Shown here: piece by piece, positions 46,248 through 56,256 of the stretch
Layout of the letters: every line of letters starts with the position of its first letter
Position numbering within the stretch: the first letter of the stretch is position 1
Source of the DNA: Candidatus Micrarchaeota archaeon
Lineage (GTDB): Archaea > Micrarchaeota > Micrarchaeia > Anstonellales > Anstonellaceae
Direction of reading: 5' to 3'
DNA: 64,000 nucleotides
NCBI GenBank assembly: GCA_026413965.1
Contig: JAOAJY010000003.1
Location: 27,727 to 91,726, forward strand
Notes under the pieces: generated by a model
What the model saw: the letters and a program-made list of their open reading frames with translations, nothing else
Database searches by the model: none
Told to the model about the DNA's origin: nothing
Program-made: the position numbers and the translations under genes

Positions 46248-47393
46248 TCACCTCCCAAGAATCTCTTGCAGAATCTTTGGCATCTTGCCAAACATGAGCA
46301 GGTAGTCTTTTTTTGAGACCCACTCCCCAAAGCTGTGCGCCCCTCCTCCCTTTATGCCCACTGTCACCACCGGGACTCCGCTAAGCGAGATTATGTTCTC
46401 ATCAGCGACTGTCAGGCCAAAAGACAGCCGATAGCTTCCTGCGTGCTTTTCATAGGCTGAAAGGAAGCGGATGACCTCTGGGCTGCGCCTGTCGGTCTTG
46501 TAGGCAGGAAGATAGGGCGTTTTTCTTTCCGGTATTTCTACTTCCCATCTGCACCGAGGAGGGAAAGGCAGGCTGGAAAGCCTGCTTTTTAGGTAGGCAA
46601 GAAAGGATTCTGAGGAGAATGGAGGGGCAAAGTGCGCATCCGCCTCAAAAGCCGCCTCTGTAGGGACAGAAAGAGAGGAGGACTCTGAATGGAAGGAGCG
46701 TATGAAAACCCTGCATTCCCCTGCGGGCAAGCGAGGCATTTTGATTTTTTGGATTGCCGCAGCAAGCCTGAATGCGAGGCTGATTGCGCTCTCGCCTCCT
46801 CCTGAAGCCCCATGCGCGCCTATGCCGAAAACCCTGAAGCGATAGACGCACCGCCCTCTCCTGCCCAAAATTATTGGAGGGCGGGAAAGCCTGCTTTTTT
46901 GGGCGCTGTCAGGTATCTCATGAGATATTGCCAGAGAGCAGCCGCGGAATTCGCCGGAACGGTGGGCTGCCCATGTCCCCTCAGATATGTTCTCCTCATC
47001 AGAAGTCAGGACTACCCGTATTCCCCTTTTGGATACTTTGCAGGCTCTTGCGCACTCAAGCAGAACCGCAAGCCCTGCCTTCATGTCCCATGCGCCAAGT
47101 CCGTATATCCTGCCGCCTTTGATTAGCATGCGGAAAGGGTCTTTGCCTGCATAATTGTAAGGCGGAACGGTGTCAAGATGGGCTGAGAGGAGGACTGAGC
47201 CTGCCCTTGGGCCCTTTTGCGCAATAACATTGAATCGCCCTTTGGAGTATTCCTGAAGCTTTACCTCAAAGCCGCAATCGGAAAGATAGCCGGCGCAGAA
47301 CTTTGCGAGGGAGGCTTCGTTGGGGAATACTGAGTTGATGGAAACCAGCTTCCTCAAAATCCAAATCGGGCGGCTTTTATCCACAGCAATCAC
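46248..47393 (-). CDS. M20 family deacylase (ArgE/DapE-like)
   Basis: AHLDTV, GLGAWDMKAG, DEE, GAHG, GAHSFGEW; GTGA overlap with the upstream gene. Confidence 0.88.
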   Translation of the reverse strand: MIAVDKSRPIWILRKLVSINSVFPNEASLAKFCAGYLSDCGFEVKLQEYSKGRFNVIAQKGPRAGSVLLSAHLDTVPPYNYAGKDPFRMLIKGGRIYGLGAWDMKAGLAVLLECARACKVSKRGIRVVLTSDEENISEGTWAAHRSGEFRGCSLAISHEIPDSAQKSRLSRPPIILGRRGRCVYRFRVFGIGAHGASGGGESAISLAFRLAAAIQKIKMPRLPAGECRVFIRSFHSESSSLSVPTEAAFEADAHFAPPFSSESFLAYLKSRLSSLPFPPRCRWEVEIPERKTPYLPAYKTDRRSPEVIRFLSAYEKHAGSYRLSFGLTVADENIISLSGVPVVTVGIKGGGAHSFGEWVSKKDYLLMFGKMPKILQEILGR

Positions 47394-48451
47394 CAAATTG
47401 CGCGCCTTAAGGTTGGCTGGGCAGCCTCCTGGCGAATTGGAGGCTTGCGCAAAAGAGGAAGGCTGTCTCCTGAGAATGCCCGGTTTCTTATCCTGTTTTC
47501 CTCAATCAGCCTGATGGTCTCTGGCTGGCGCAAAAACAAAGCCAGCCCCCTCATGACCACGTTGTTTTTGGTCCTGTAATTCCTCACCCTCAGCTCCTGC
47601 TCTGTGTCGGACTTGAGAATAGGGGTGCCTGAGGAAAAGAGTATGGTTGGCCCATGGTCAATCTGCTCATCCACCACATGAAGGGTCGCGCCTGTGGTTG
47701 AGCGGAAGATGTTTCTTTGGCTTTGCAGCAGGACTTCGCCCTCCTTGAACTCGGCAGGAATGCCCATCCTCTGGAAGATGTTCTTTATGCTGGAGTCATA
47801 TCCGTTTCTTCTGATGGATATTTTTTCGCGGTTTTCCCAAAGCTGCTTTCTTGCCTCATGCCTGTCCTGGCGCAAGCCCGAGAAGAATTTGGCTCTTGCC
47901 AAAGCATCTCTGGTGGGGAAAATGCCCGGCACCTCGCTTGCTATGCCTGGGTGGATGTTTAATATAAGGCCCCGGTAGCCTATGGATGGGTCAAGCATTA
48001 TTGAGTTGAAAAGGACAGCATAGGAGTCTGAGAGGATGATGTCTATGCTGTTTTGCCGCATGAAGGAAAGCATCCTTTCCTCGTATTCCATCTTTGCCTT
48101 CTGCTTTTGGGGATTCATGATCCGCCCACTTGGGCTGTCCACATGCGCAGGAAGAGACCTCCAAAAAGAGGAGCCTTCCACATGGAAAACTATATTGTGC
48201 CTTCTGCAGAATTCTCTGAGGAAAACAAACGCCTCGTTTTCTTTCTCAAGCCTCCTTTTTTGGTATTCTTTGCCGTCATCATCGACAAAAACAGCCGCTA
48301 TTTGCAGGCTGGAATGAAGCGGGTGGGAATTTGCCAGGCTGTGGAGGAACTCCAAAGTGGGCACAATCCTTGCATCACGCCCCACCCCTTCGCTGTGAAG
48401 CTCGCGGGGAGAGGTCACATATGCCAGCCTGATTTTTTTGCTTGCTTCCAT
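47390..48451 (-). CDS. PvdF-like N10-formyl-THF-dependent formyltransferase
   Basis: RLAYVTS.R, VFVDDD, NIHPG, T.DAL, TGATLHVVDEQIDHG, DTEQELRVRNY; ORF is open to 48460. Confidence 0.75.
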   Translation of the reverse strand: MEASKKIRLAYVTSPRELHSEGVGRDARIVPTLEFLHSLANSHPLHSSLQIAAVFVDDDGKEYQKRRLEKENEAFVFLREFCRRHNIVFHVEGSSFWRSLPAHVDSPSGRIMNPQKQKAKMEYEERMLSFMRQNSIDIILSDSYAVLFNSIMLDPSIGYRGLILNIHPGIASEVPGIFPTRDALARAKFFSGLRQDRHEARKQLWENREKISIRRNGYDSSIKNIFQRMGIPAEFKEGEVLLQSQRNIFRSTTGATLHVVDEQIDHGPTILFSSGTPILKSDTEQELRVRNYRTKNNVVMRGLALFLRQPETIRLIEENRIRNRAFSGDSLPLLRKPPIRQEAAQPTLRRAIW

Positions 48452-48631
48452 GCCATGCATTCTGGAGGCATGGGTTTAAAAACAAATCGTTAATTTTTGG
48501 CTAAATAAATTATATAAAAAATAAAAAAAGACGAAAAACGTTATTTATTCAAAAATATTGGCGAAATCAGAAAACAGCCTTGCGCGGCAAACTGATTAAT
48601 ATCTTAGCGCAGCAGAGTTGGTGGTTTTTGC

Positions 48632-49861
48632 ATGGCAGAAAATATTGGCAGAAAAGCGGTTGAGCTGCATAGGAAAAGCAGAGGGAAGCTGCAAGTTTGC
48701 CCCAAAGTGGATTGCAAAAGCAGCAGGGGGCTTTCCCTGGCATACACGCCCGGAGTTGCAGAGGTTTGCAGGGAGATAAAAAAAGACCCAAAGCAGGCAT
48801 ATGAGCTGACAATGAAATGGAACAGCGTGGCTGTGGTTTCGGACGGAAGCAGGGTGCTTGGGCTTGGGAATGTCGGCCCGCTGGCTGCCTTGCCTGTGAT
48901 GGAAGGAAAGGCCGCTCTTTTCAAATCCTATGCAAATATTGACGCCTTCCCCATATGCCTCTCTTGCCAAAAAGAGGAGGAGATTGCCTTTGCGGTGGAG
49001 GCAATTTCCCCATCATTTGGAGGCATAAACTTGGAGGATATAGAGTCCCCCAAGTGCTTTGAGGTTGAGCGCAGGCTTATGCAGAAGCTGGACATCCCTG
49101 TTTTCCACGACGACCAGCACGGCACGGCGGTGGTTGTGCTTGCGGGCTTGATGAACGCCTTGAAGCTTGTTGGGAAGAGCAAGAAGCAGGCGCGGGTGGT
49201 GGTGTTGGGCGCAGGGGCAGCAGGCTCGGCGATAGCCAAGCTGCTGAGCAAAGACGGATTTGGGGAAATCCTTGTCTGCGACAGCAGGGGAATAATCAGC
49301 CAAAGGGAAGATTTGCCTGGCCACAAGCTTGAGCTTGCGAAGCTGAACAGGAAGAATGAAAGCGGCACGCTTGCGGATGCGCTGAAGGGGGCTGATGTTT
49401 TGGTGGGGGCCTCTGCCCCAAACATATTGGGGGAAAGGGAAATCAAAAGCATGGCAGGCTCGCCTATAGTGTTTGCCCTCTCCAACCCTGACCCAGAGAT
49501 ATCTCCTCAAAAAGCCAAAAGGGCAAATGTCGCAGTCTTTGGCACTGCTCGCGCGGATTTGCCAAACCAGATAAACAATGTGCTTGGATTTCCGGGCATA
49601 TTCAGGGGAGCGCTGATGGCAAGAAGCAGAAGGATAAGCGAGGGGATGATGCTTGCCGCATCGCGCGCAATTGCAGGCGTGCTTGGGGAGGATGAGATTT
49701 CAAAGGAGAGGGTGGTGCCGCTGGCTTTTGATGCGAGGGTGGTGCCGGCTGTGGCATTGTCGGTGGCGCAAGCATCCATGCAAGAAGGCTACGCAAGGCA
49801 AAAGCTCAGCGAAAAGGAGCTGAAAGCTGAGCTTGAGCGCTTAGGTCTGCTGAATTTATAA
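48632..49861 (+). CDS. NAD(P)-dependent malic enzyme
   Basis: AYTPGVA, VLGLGNVG, VMEGKA, INLEDI, FHDDQHGT, ALSNP, NQINN. Confidence 0.95.
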   Translation: MAENIGRKAVELHRKSRGKLQVCPKVDCKSSRGLSLAYTPGVAEVCREIKKDPKQAYELTMKWNSVAVVSDGSRVLGLGNVGPLAALPVMEGKAALFKSYANIDAFPICLSCQKEEEIAFAVEAISPSFGGINLEDIESPKCFEVERRLMQKLDIPVFHDDQHGTAVVVLAGLMNALKLVGKSKKQARVVVLGAGAAGSAIAKLLSKDGFGEILVCDSRGIISQREDLPGHKLELAKLNRKNESGTLADALKGADVLVGASAPNILGEREIKSMAGSPIVFALSNPDPEISPQKAKRANVAVFGTARADLPNQINNVLGFPGIFRGALMARSRRISEGMMLAASRAIAGVLGEDEISKERVVPLAFDARVVPAVALSVAQASMQEGYARQKLSEKELKAELERLGLLNL

Positions 49862-49880
49862 TTGCTGGCTGGAAAAACTC

Positions 49881-51824
49881 ATGGGTGAGAGAATGCGCCT
49901 GGGGATTTTTGCCTTGCTGGCTTTGGTTTTTTCCGGAAGCATTTGGGCTGGCTTCACATTTTTGTATGAGCTGAACGGAAGCAGCCAGGAGAATCCGTCT
50001 GACGAGAGCCTGCTTTTCGCCACCCCAAGCGGAGTTTTCCATTCTGGCGGAAAGCTTTATGTCTCAGATTCAGGAAAAGGGGCTTTGTATGTCTTCAACG
50101 GGACAAAGCGCGTCAATGTTATGGTTTCCTTGGGGGGATCGGCGCTGACAGGGCCTCTGAGAATGGGGCAAGACCCGCAGGATGCCCAGCAAACTATATA
50201 CATAGCGGATGGCAACTCTGGCAGGATAAAGACTTATGCAGGCAGCGGCTCTGAGATTGATGTGTGGAACCCAAGCTCCAACATGGAGCGCCCAAGCGGG
50301 ATTGCCTTTGACAGCCAAAACGCATACATCGCAGACATGGTGGGCGGAAGAGTGTATGCCTACTCAAAAAGCACCAAGGCATTCTCAAAAATAGCGGTTG
50401 AAAGGGGAGAGTCTGACGGCCTGCTTTCCTCTCCTGCGGATATAGAGAAATACGGAGACTTGTTTTTCGTGTCAGATTCAGGCAAAGGGCTGGTGTTTGT
50501 GTATGACTCCAACTTCACCTACAAATATGCCATAGGGAGAGGGAAAGGGGGAGTGGTTCTCAAATCCCCAAGAGGCATCCATGCCCATGACGGGATGCTT
50601 TTTGTGGCTGACGCCACAGGCAACAGGATTGTGGTTTACACGCTCACCGGCTATCCGATTGACTCTTTGGGCTCTGCGAACCTTTCTTATCCGGAAGACG
50701 TATTTGTCTCAGGAAGCACTGCATATGTGGCAGACAGCTTCAACCGGAAGGTGAGAATATACAACTTCAGCAAGCCTGAAGGGAACCAAGAGACCTTGGG
50801 CTTGATAAAAGCCGCCAACCAGTCGGTGCAGGAGCTTTACGAGCTGCGCAAAATAGCCCAAAAGCTTGGCTTGGCTGAGGCAGGCTCCTCTCACGAAGGG
50901 AAGCTTGAGGAGGCTCTTGAGGAATACAGAAACTACCAATTCACTGCTGCCTCAAAAATAGCTGAGAGGGCAAAGGAGGAGGCCGAGAATGAAAAGAAAG
51001 AGATTCGCCAGTCCGCAAGCGTCCGCATAAAGCAGCTGGTCAAGCAGGCAAAGGATTACCTTGCGCCTGCCAGGAAAAAGGCTGAAAATGAGCCTTCCCT
51101 TGCTGCTCTCCTTTCGGATTTTGACAGGAAAAGCGCTGATGCCGAAGCAAAGCTTTCTGCTGGAAATTACATGCAATCTGCAGAGCTTGCGCTGTCCCTT
51201 TCGCCCATGGCAGAAAGCATAAGGAAAAAAGCGGAGGAGCTTGAAAGCAGTCAGGCGTCTGCCTTGCGCAACCAGACGCAAGCTTCATTGCTGATGGAGC
51301 TTGAGGGCATGAGCGCAAGAATATCTGCCTTGCAGGCGAAAGCCGAAAAATACCGCCAGGACATCAACCTCACAAATGCGCAAAGGCTTGTCCGGCTCGC
51401 CAACTCCTCAATTCTGGCAGGGGATAGCGAGGCTGCAGGCTCCTCTTTGAGGCTTGCGGAAGTGGATGTGCGGGTCAATGAGGGGATGCTGGAGAAGAGG
51501 GTTTTGGAGATTGAGTCCGCGCTTGCCAACTTGACTGCTTTTGAGACTATGCTGAATGCATCCGCAGCAAAGCCTGTGCTTTTGCCGCCTGACTTCAAGC
51601 AGGAAAGGGAGCTGATTGCGCAGGCAAGAGAAAGCGTCTATGGCAACCCGCAAATGGCAGTGCAGATGGGCAAAAAGGCAGCGGAGGATGCTGAGGGGAA
51701 AGCAAAAGATGCGCAAAGGATCTCGGTTGCCGCTGCGGCTTTGCTGGTGATGTTTGGCATGATAGCTGCGCTTTTCATTGCTTTTTTCCTCCATATTCGC
51801 GGAAAGAGGAGAGGTAGGCTTTAG
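49881..51824 (+). CDS. NHL-repeat beta-propeller surface protein with a coiled-coil stalk and C-terminal TM anchor
   Basis: Signal peptide, six P.G/YVAD repeats, long coiled coil, TM helix and basic tail. Confidence 0.85.
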   Translation: MGERMRLGIFALLALVFSGSIWAGFTFLYELNGSSQENPSDESLLFATPSGVFHSGGKLYVSDSGKGALYVFNGTKRVNVMVSLGGSALTGPLRMGQDPQDAQQTIYIADGNSGRIKTYAGSGSEIDVWNPSSNMERPSGIAFDSQNAYIADMVGGRVYAYSKSTKAFSKIAVERGESDGLLSSPADIEKYGDLFFVSDSGKGLVFVYDSNFTYKYAIGRGKGGVVLKSPRGIHAHDGMLFVADATGNRIVVYTLTGYPIDSLGSANLSYPEDVFVSGSTAYVADSFNRKVRIYNFSKPEGNQETLGLIKAANQSVQELYELRKIAQKLGLAEAGSSHEGKLEEALEEYRNYQFTAASKIAERAKEEAENEKKEIRQSASVRIKQLVKQAKDYLAPARKKAENEPSLAALLSDFDRKSADAEAKLSAGNYMQSAELALSLSPMAESIRKKAEELESSQASALRNQTQASLLMELEGMSARISALQAKAEKYRQDINLTNAQRLVRLANSSILAGDSEAAGSSLRLAEVDVRVNEGMLEKRVLEIESALANLTAFETMLNASAAKPVLLPPDFKQERELIAQARESVYGNPQMAVQMGKKAAEDAEGKAKDAQRISVAAAALLVMFGMIAALFIAFFLHIRGKRRGRL

Positions 51825-52478
51825 ATGGTTCTTCCTGAAGGCATCCTCAAAAAAAGCAAAAGCGCTTTGGCAGTTTTGTCAGCCCTGTTTGGAATTGCAG
51901 GCATATTAATCTGCGCAGCTTCCCTTTTTGCGCTGCTTTCCGCAACTGCTGCCTTGGAGAAGATTTTGGCTGGGCAGCTTGATGCTGCCATAGCATCCGC
52001 CTCTGATTTGGAGAAATCCATCATCCAGGCATCGGAGGGGGCAGGGCATGGCGCTGATGCGGCTTACAGCCTGTCAAGCTCGCTTTCGCAATACTCCAGC
52101 TCCAGCAAAAGCCTGGCTGATTCGCTTTTGGCAATAAGCTCCATCCCAATAATAGGCTCGGATGGCAAAATATCCTCTGCAGCCTCATCGGCAAAGAAAG
52201 CAGCAGAATCATTCTCCAACTCCTCCTATTCCCTCAATTCGACTGCCCAATCCCTCTCCGAGCTTTCGGCTTCCTTGCGGAAAATCGGGGAGGATGTGCG
52301 CAAGGAGAGGAAGCTTCTGCTGGATGCAAAAGAGAAAGCCAAGGGCATTTTCTTTTGGCTTTATGCAGCAGAGATTTTGGCGGCATCAGGGCTTTGCCTG
52401 CTCTTCTCATCAGTCTGCTTTGTTTCATTCTCGGTGCTTTTGCACTACCGCAAAGATGAGGGAAAAGGCGGGCAATAG
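51825..52478 (+). CDS. Two-TM coiled-coil membrane protein
   Basis: TM, Ser/Ala-rich coiled coil, TM; abuts the NHL gene. Confidence 0.7.
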   Translation: MVLPEGILKKSKSALAVLSALFGIAGILICAASLFALLSATAALEKILAGQLDAAIASASDLEKSIIQASEGAGHGADAAYSLSSSLSQYSSSSKSLADSLLAISSIPIIGSDGKISSAASSAKKAAESFSNSSYSLNSTAQSLSELSASLRKIGEDVRKERKLLLDAKEKAKGIFFWLYAAEILAASGLCLLFSSVCFVSFSVLLHYRKDEGKGGQ

Positions 52479-53249
52479 CTACTCGTTCAGGATGCCAAGG
52501 ATGCGCTTGTGTTGCCTTCCATTTGAGACAAGGAAAGATTTGGTGGAAAGGCTCCACTTCTGCCCCAGCAAATCCGTGGCTTTCGCCCCTGCCTGCTGGG
52601 CTATGAAAATCCCTGCCGCAAAATCATAAGGCTTGAGCTTGAAATCCATCTCTGCGTCAACCGTCCCGTCAGCAACATAGCACATCTCATGCACCGCTGT
52701 CCCAAGGAACCTGGTGTGCTGGCTCATCCGCTCAATCCTCAAAAGCCCGCGCAAAATCCCCATGTCCTCAGCAAGATGGATGCGGCTGTCGCAAAGCAGG
52801 AAAAAATCCTCCAATTTTTTGGTTTTTGAGACGGATATTGGCTTTCCGTTGAGAGTGGATTGCTTTCCTTTCTCTGCGTAATAAAGCCTTCTTTGGTTGG
52901 GTAGATACACCCCTCCTGCTTGCGGCTTGCCGCCTGAATAATGGGCGATTGAGATTCCGTAAAGCGGGATGCCTTGGATGAAATTGTGCGTGCCGTCAAT
53001 CGGATCCACCACAAAAAGCGAGTCTGCCACCAAATCTTCCGGATGGTAGGACTCCTCTGACAAAATAAGAGAGCCCGGGTATTCTTTCTTTATCCTGCCT
53101 GCGATGAATTGCTCGGATGCGAAATCAGCGGAGGTTGCCCGGTCGTTCCTTCCTTTCACGGTTATCTTAAGCCCGGATTTTCTCGCCTCCTCTATCCTGC
53201 GAGCAGCCCCTATGAGGCAGGACTTTATGAAAATCTCCATGTCAGACAT
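52479..53249 (-). CDS. suhB: Inositol monophosphatase family protein
   Basis: SEE, DPIDGTHNF, YDFAAG, QAGA..TD. Confidence 0.9.
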   Translation of the reverse strand: MSDMEIFIKSCLIGAARRIEEARKSGLKITVKGRNDRATSADFASEQFIAGRIKKEYPGSLILSEESYHPEDLVADSLFVVDPIDGTHNFIQGIPLYGISIAHYSGGKPQAGGVYLPNQRRLYYAEKGKQSTLNGKPISVSKTKKLEDFFLLCDSRIHLAEDMGILRGLLRIERMSQHTRFLGTAVHEMCYVADGTVDAEMDFKLKPYDFAAGIFIAQQAGAKATDLLGQKWSLSTKSFLVSNGRQHKRILGILNE

Positions 53250-53293
53250 GCGAAAAAAATCGGAAGAAAAAATAAAAAGAGCGTATGGTCTGC

Positions 53294-54154
53294 TCAGTTG
53301 AAGGCTTTCATGACCTCGTCAAAGTTGGAGTATGGGAGCGCGCCTGCGAACACTATCCCAAATCCTGCTCCCTCAACCTCAACCACTGAAGCATCCACCC
53401 CAAGCCCAGAAAGCTTGGAGGCTATGGTTGAGAGCCTGGACTGGAGAGCCTCGCTTCTGTCTTTGGTGGAATAAGCCAAAAAGCCAGGGGTTCCCCTTAT
53501 TCCTATGCTTTCACCCTCATCCATCTGGCTTTGGACAGCTGACGCCATCTTTCCGCTGTCAAGGCAGCTGTTGAATTTTGCTGTGTCAAGCCCAATCGCA
53601 GCTGCCTTTGCCTTCAAGTCTGGCACGGACAGCTTGTTTTGCTCTGCGAACATGGCATCGTGCATCTCAAAGAACTTCCCCTGCTCTCCAGCGCACTCCG
53701 CAGCCTCGGCTGCCTTTTGGGCGTTCGGATGGAATGGAAGTGGGAAGTGCCTGAAAACGTATTTTGCTTCAGGATAGGACTTCTTAAGCTGAGCAAGTGT
53801 GGGATTGACCCTGTTGCAGAAGGGGCACTCAAAATCAGAGTATTCCACCAGCACCACTTTAGCATCAGCTTTGCCTTTGAAATAGGAATTGCTGTAATCC
53901 AGCCCTGAAACCTTTGGAGAGCCTTGCTTTGGCTCCGGCTGAGGCTGCGCCTGGGGCGAAGGCTGCGCCTGGCTTCCTCCGCTTGGGGCTGATGGAGCAG
54001 TTAGCTTCACCTTCCCTATTGCCTCCTGTATCCCAGAAGAGCCGATGTAAATGGTGGCTGAAACAAGAAGGGCTGCAAGTATGATTGCGATGCCAATTAC
54101 ATATTCCCCTTGCTCTAAGCCACGAACCGCTTTGTCTGCCTTTTCAGTCATCAT
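53294..54154 (-). CDS. Membrane-anchored DsbA family thioredoxin
   Basis: EYSDFECPFC, RHFPL.FH, IRGTP. Confidence 0.92.
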   Translation of the reverse strand: MMTEKADKAVRGLEQGEYVIGIAIILAALLVSATIYIGSSGIQEAIGKVKLTAPSAPSGGSQAQPSPQAQPQPEPKQGSPKVSGLDYSNSYFKGKADAKVVLVEYSDFECPFCNRVNPTLAQLKKSYPEAKYVFRHFPLPFHPNAQKAAEAAECAGEQGKFFEMHDAMFAEQNKLSVPDLKAKAAAIGLDTAKFNSCLDSGKMASAVQSQMDEGESIGIRGTPGFLAYSTKDRSEALQSRLSTIASKLSGLGVDASVVEVEGAGFGIVFAGALPYSNFDEVMKAFN

Positions 54155-54270
54155 TCCACCTCCTAACTTTGCAGTTTTTGGACCAATATTTTTAAACCAA
54201 CCTGCTTGCCTTTGGCGCTGATGCCAAAGAGGAAAGCAAGGCTTTTATTTGATTTTGCAGATGAGCAATC

Positions 54271-56256
54271 ATGCTGGCTCTTTCTGCTTTTGAACTCACC
54301 CCTGCGAAGGCAGGCGCCAGAGAGTGGCTTATTGCCAACGGGCTGGGAGGATACTCCTCATCCACAGCCATAGGGATGAACACCAGGAAATACCATGGCC
54401 TTTTGGTTGCCTCATTGCCGCAAGGGAGGATGGTTATGCTTTCCAAGCTGGAGGAGCATGCGGTTGTTGCAGGAGAGCAGCTCCCTCTTTCCACCAACCA
54501 ATACCCAGGAAAAGTCTATCCTGAAGGCTACAGGAGGCAGATTGGGTTCAGCTTCGCAGAATTCCCAGAATTCCATTATTCAGTTGAAGGCATGAGGCTG
54601 GCAAAGTCGGTGAGGATGGTCTATGGCAAGAACACTTCGCTTATATCATACAGGATGGAAGGCTCAGGAGAGATTGGGCTTTCAATAAGGCCTCTTCTGG
54701 CCATGAGGAAAATACACCAAGACCCCTCTGCCCAAGACAAAAGCATGGAATTCCGCTCAGACAGGTTTGGCTTTTGGACAGCAAACCCCCAAATGAGAAT
54801 GAGTTGCTCCAATGGCAGCTTCGTTCCCTCTCCTGACAATTACAGGAACATGCTTTATCCTGCAGAGCAGGAGAGAGGATACCCCCACTGCGAAACGTTG
54901 TTTTCTCCAGGCGTTTTTTCCTGCAGGCTGCAGCAGGGCGAAGAGCTGCACCTGTCCGCCTCAGTTGAGGGGATTGCGCCATCCGAAGCGCTTGAGCTTT
55001 TGGATAGGCAGCAGATGCGCAGGATGCACCTGATTCGTGGCTACGAGGAGAGCAGCGGCATAGCCGCCACTGATTTTTCCCAAGCTTTGCTGAAAGCCGC
55101 CGACTCATTCATCGCAAGCAGGAAAGGGAGAAGGCTTATTGTCGCAGGCTATCCTTGGTTTTTTGAATGGGGCAGGGACACTATGGTTTCGCTTCCTGGG
55201 CTGCTTGTGTACACAGGCAGGCACGCTCTTGCGCGCGAAATCCTTTTCGGCTACAGCGGAAAAATAGAGGACGGCTTAATCCCGAACTTCATCACAGAGG
55301 AAGGGGAGATGAGCTACACCTCATCTGACGCTTCGCTTTGGTACCTTAATGCCATAAGGCATTATGCGGAATGGACAGGGGACTACAGCTTTGTCCAGCG
55401 CAGGCTTTGGAAGCCGATGAAGCAAATAATATCAGGATACATACAAGGCAACAGCCTTGCCAGGATGGATGGGGATTGCCTTCTGCGGGTGCTTTCTGCC
55501 TCATCAACCTGGATGGATGCGCAGATTGGAGGAAGCCCGGTGACCCCAAGGAAAGGCAAGCCTGTTGAGATAAACGCGCTTTGGTACTCCAACCTGAATT
55601 TCATGCAGGAGCTTGCTGAAAAGTTTGAGGACAAAAGAATGCTGTCAATTGTTTCGCCTATAATAGAGGCATGCGCCGAATCATTCCAGAAGTTCCTGTC
55701 TTTGCATGAAGCCCAGCTTTTTGACGTGATTGAGCCAAATGACGCGACTCTTAGGCCCAACCAGATATTTGCGGTCGCGCTTCCGCACTCGCCCCTCAAC
55801 AGCCTCCAGAAGAAGCTTGTTTTCAACCTGGTGCGCTCCAAGCTATACACGCCCCTTGGGCTCCGAACCCTTCCCCATGAGGACAGCAGATGCCATGAGG
55901 CTTACAGGGGGAACCAGCAGCAGAGGGACGAGGCATACCATCAGGGCATGATTTGGCCATGGCTGCTTGGCGCGTTTTACGACGCCCAGCTTGAGGTGTA
56001 TCCTTCAACGCAAAAGCAAATCCTCAATTCCCTGCGGCCTTTGTGGGAGAGCATGAAAAGCGGGGAGGGCTGCGCAGGCACCCTCCCAGAAATGTACGAG
56101 CCTGCCACAGGAAAGCCGGCAGGGGCAATCTCGCAGGCTTGGAGCATCGCGGAAATAATCAGGATTTATACAAAAGCCAAAGCCCAAAGAATGAGCCAGA
56201 CTGCATGGCAAGCCGCATCCGCAAAGGAGGCCTCAAAGCAGCTTGAGGTTCCCTAA
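54271..56256 (+). CDS. Amylo-alpha-1,6-glucosidase (glycogen debranching enzyme)
   Basis: EWLIANGLGGY, RKYHGLL, AGYPWF.EWGRD, TWMDA, RPNQ, YHQG.IWPWL, QAWS. Confidence 0.93.
   Translation: MLALSAFELTPAKAGAREWLIANGLGGYSSSTAIGMNTRKYHGLLVASLPQGRMVMLSKLEEHAVVAGEQLPLSTNQYPGKVYPEGYRRQIGFSFAEFPEFHYSVEGMRLAKSVRMVYGKNTSLISYRMEGSGEIGLSIRPLLAMRKIHQDPSAQDKSMEFRSDRFGFWTANPQMRMSCSNGSFVPSPDNYRNMLYPAEQERGYPHCETLFSPGVFSCRLQQGEELHLSASVEGIAPSEALELLDRQQMRRMHLIRGYEESSGIAATDFSQALLKAADSFIASRKGRRLIVAGYPWFFEWGRDTMVSLPGLLVYTGRHALAREILFGYSGKIEDGLIPNFITEEGEMSYTSSDASLWYLNAIRHYAEWTGDYSFVQRRLWKPMKQIISGYIQGNSLARMDGDCLLRVLSASSTWMDAQIGGSPVTPRKGKPVEINALWYSNLNFMQELAEKFEDKRMLSIVSPIIEACAESFQKFLSLHEAQLFDVIEPNDATLRPNQIFAVALPHSPLNSLQKKLVFNLVRSKLYTPLGLRTLPHEDSRCHEAYRGNQQQRDEAYHQGMIWPWLLGAFYDAQLEVYPSTQKQILNSLRPLWESMKSGEGCAGTLPEMYEPATGKPAGAISQAWSIAEIIRIYTKAKAQRMSQTAWQAASAKEASKQLEVP

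Noticed and set aside
38365..48631. Replication origin near oapA/oapC or the AT-rich tract
   Set aside because: No ORB repeats or cdc6/orc1 gene recognised
56233..56256. 24-bp convergent overlap of the debranching enzyme and pth2
   Set aside because: Short 3' overlaps are ordinary in this compact genome
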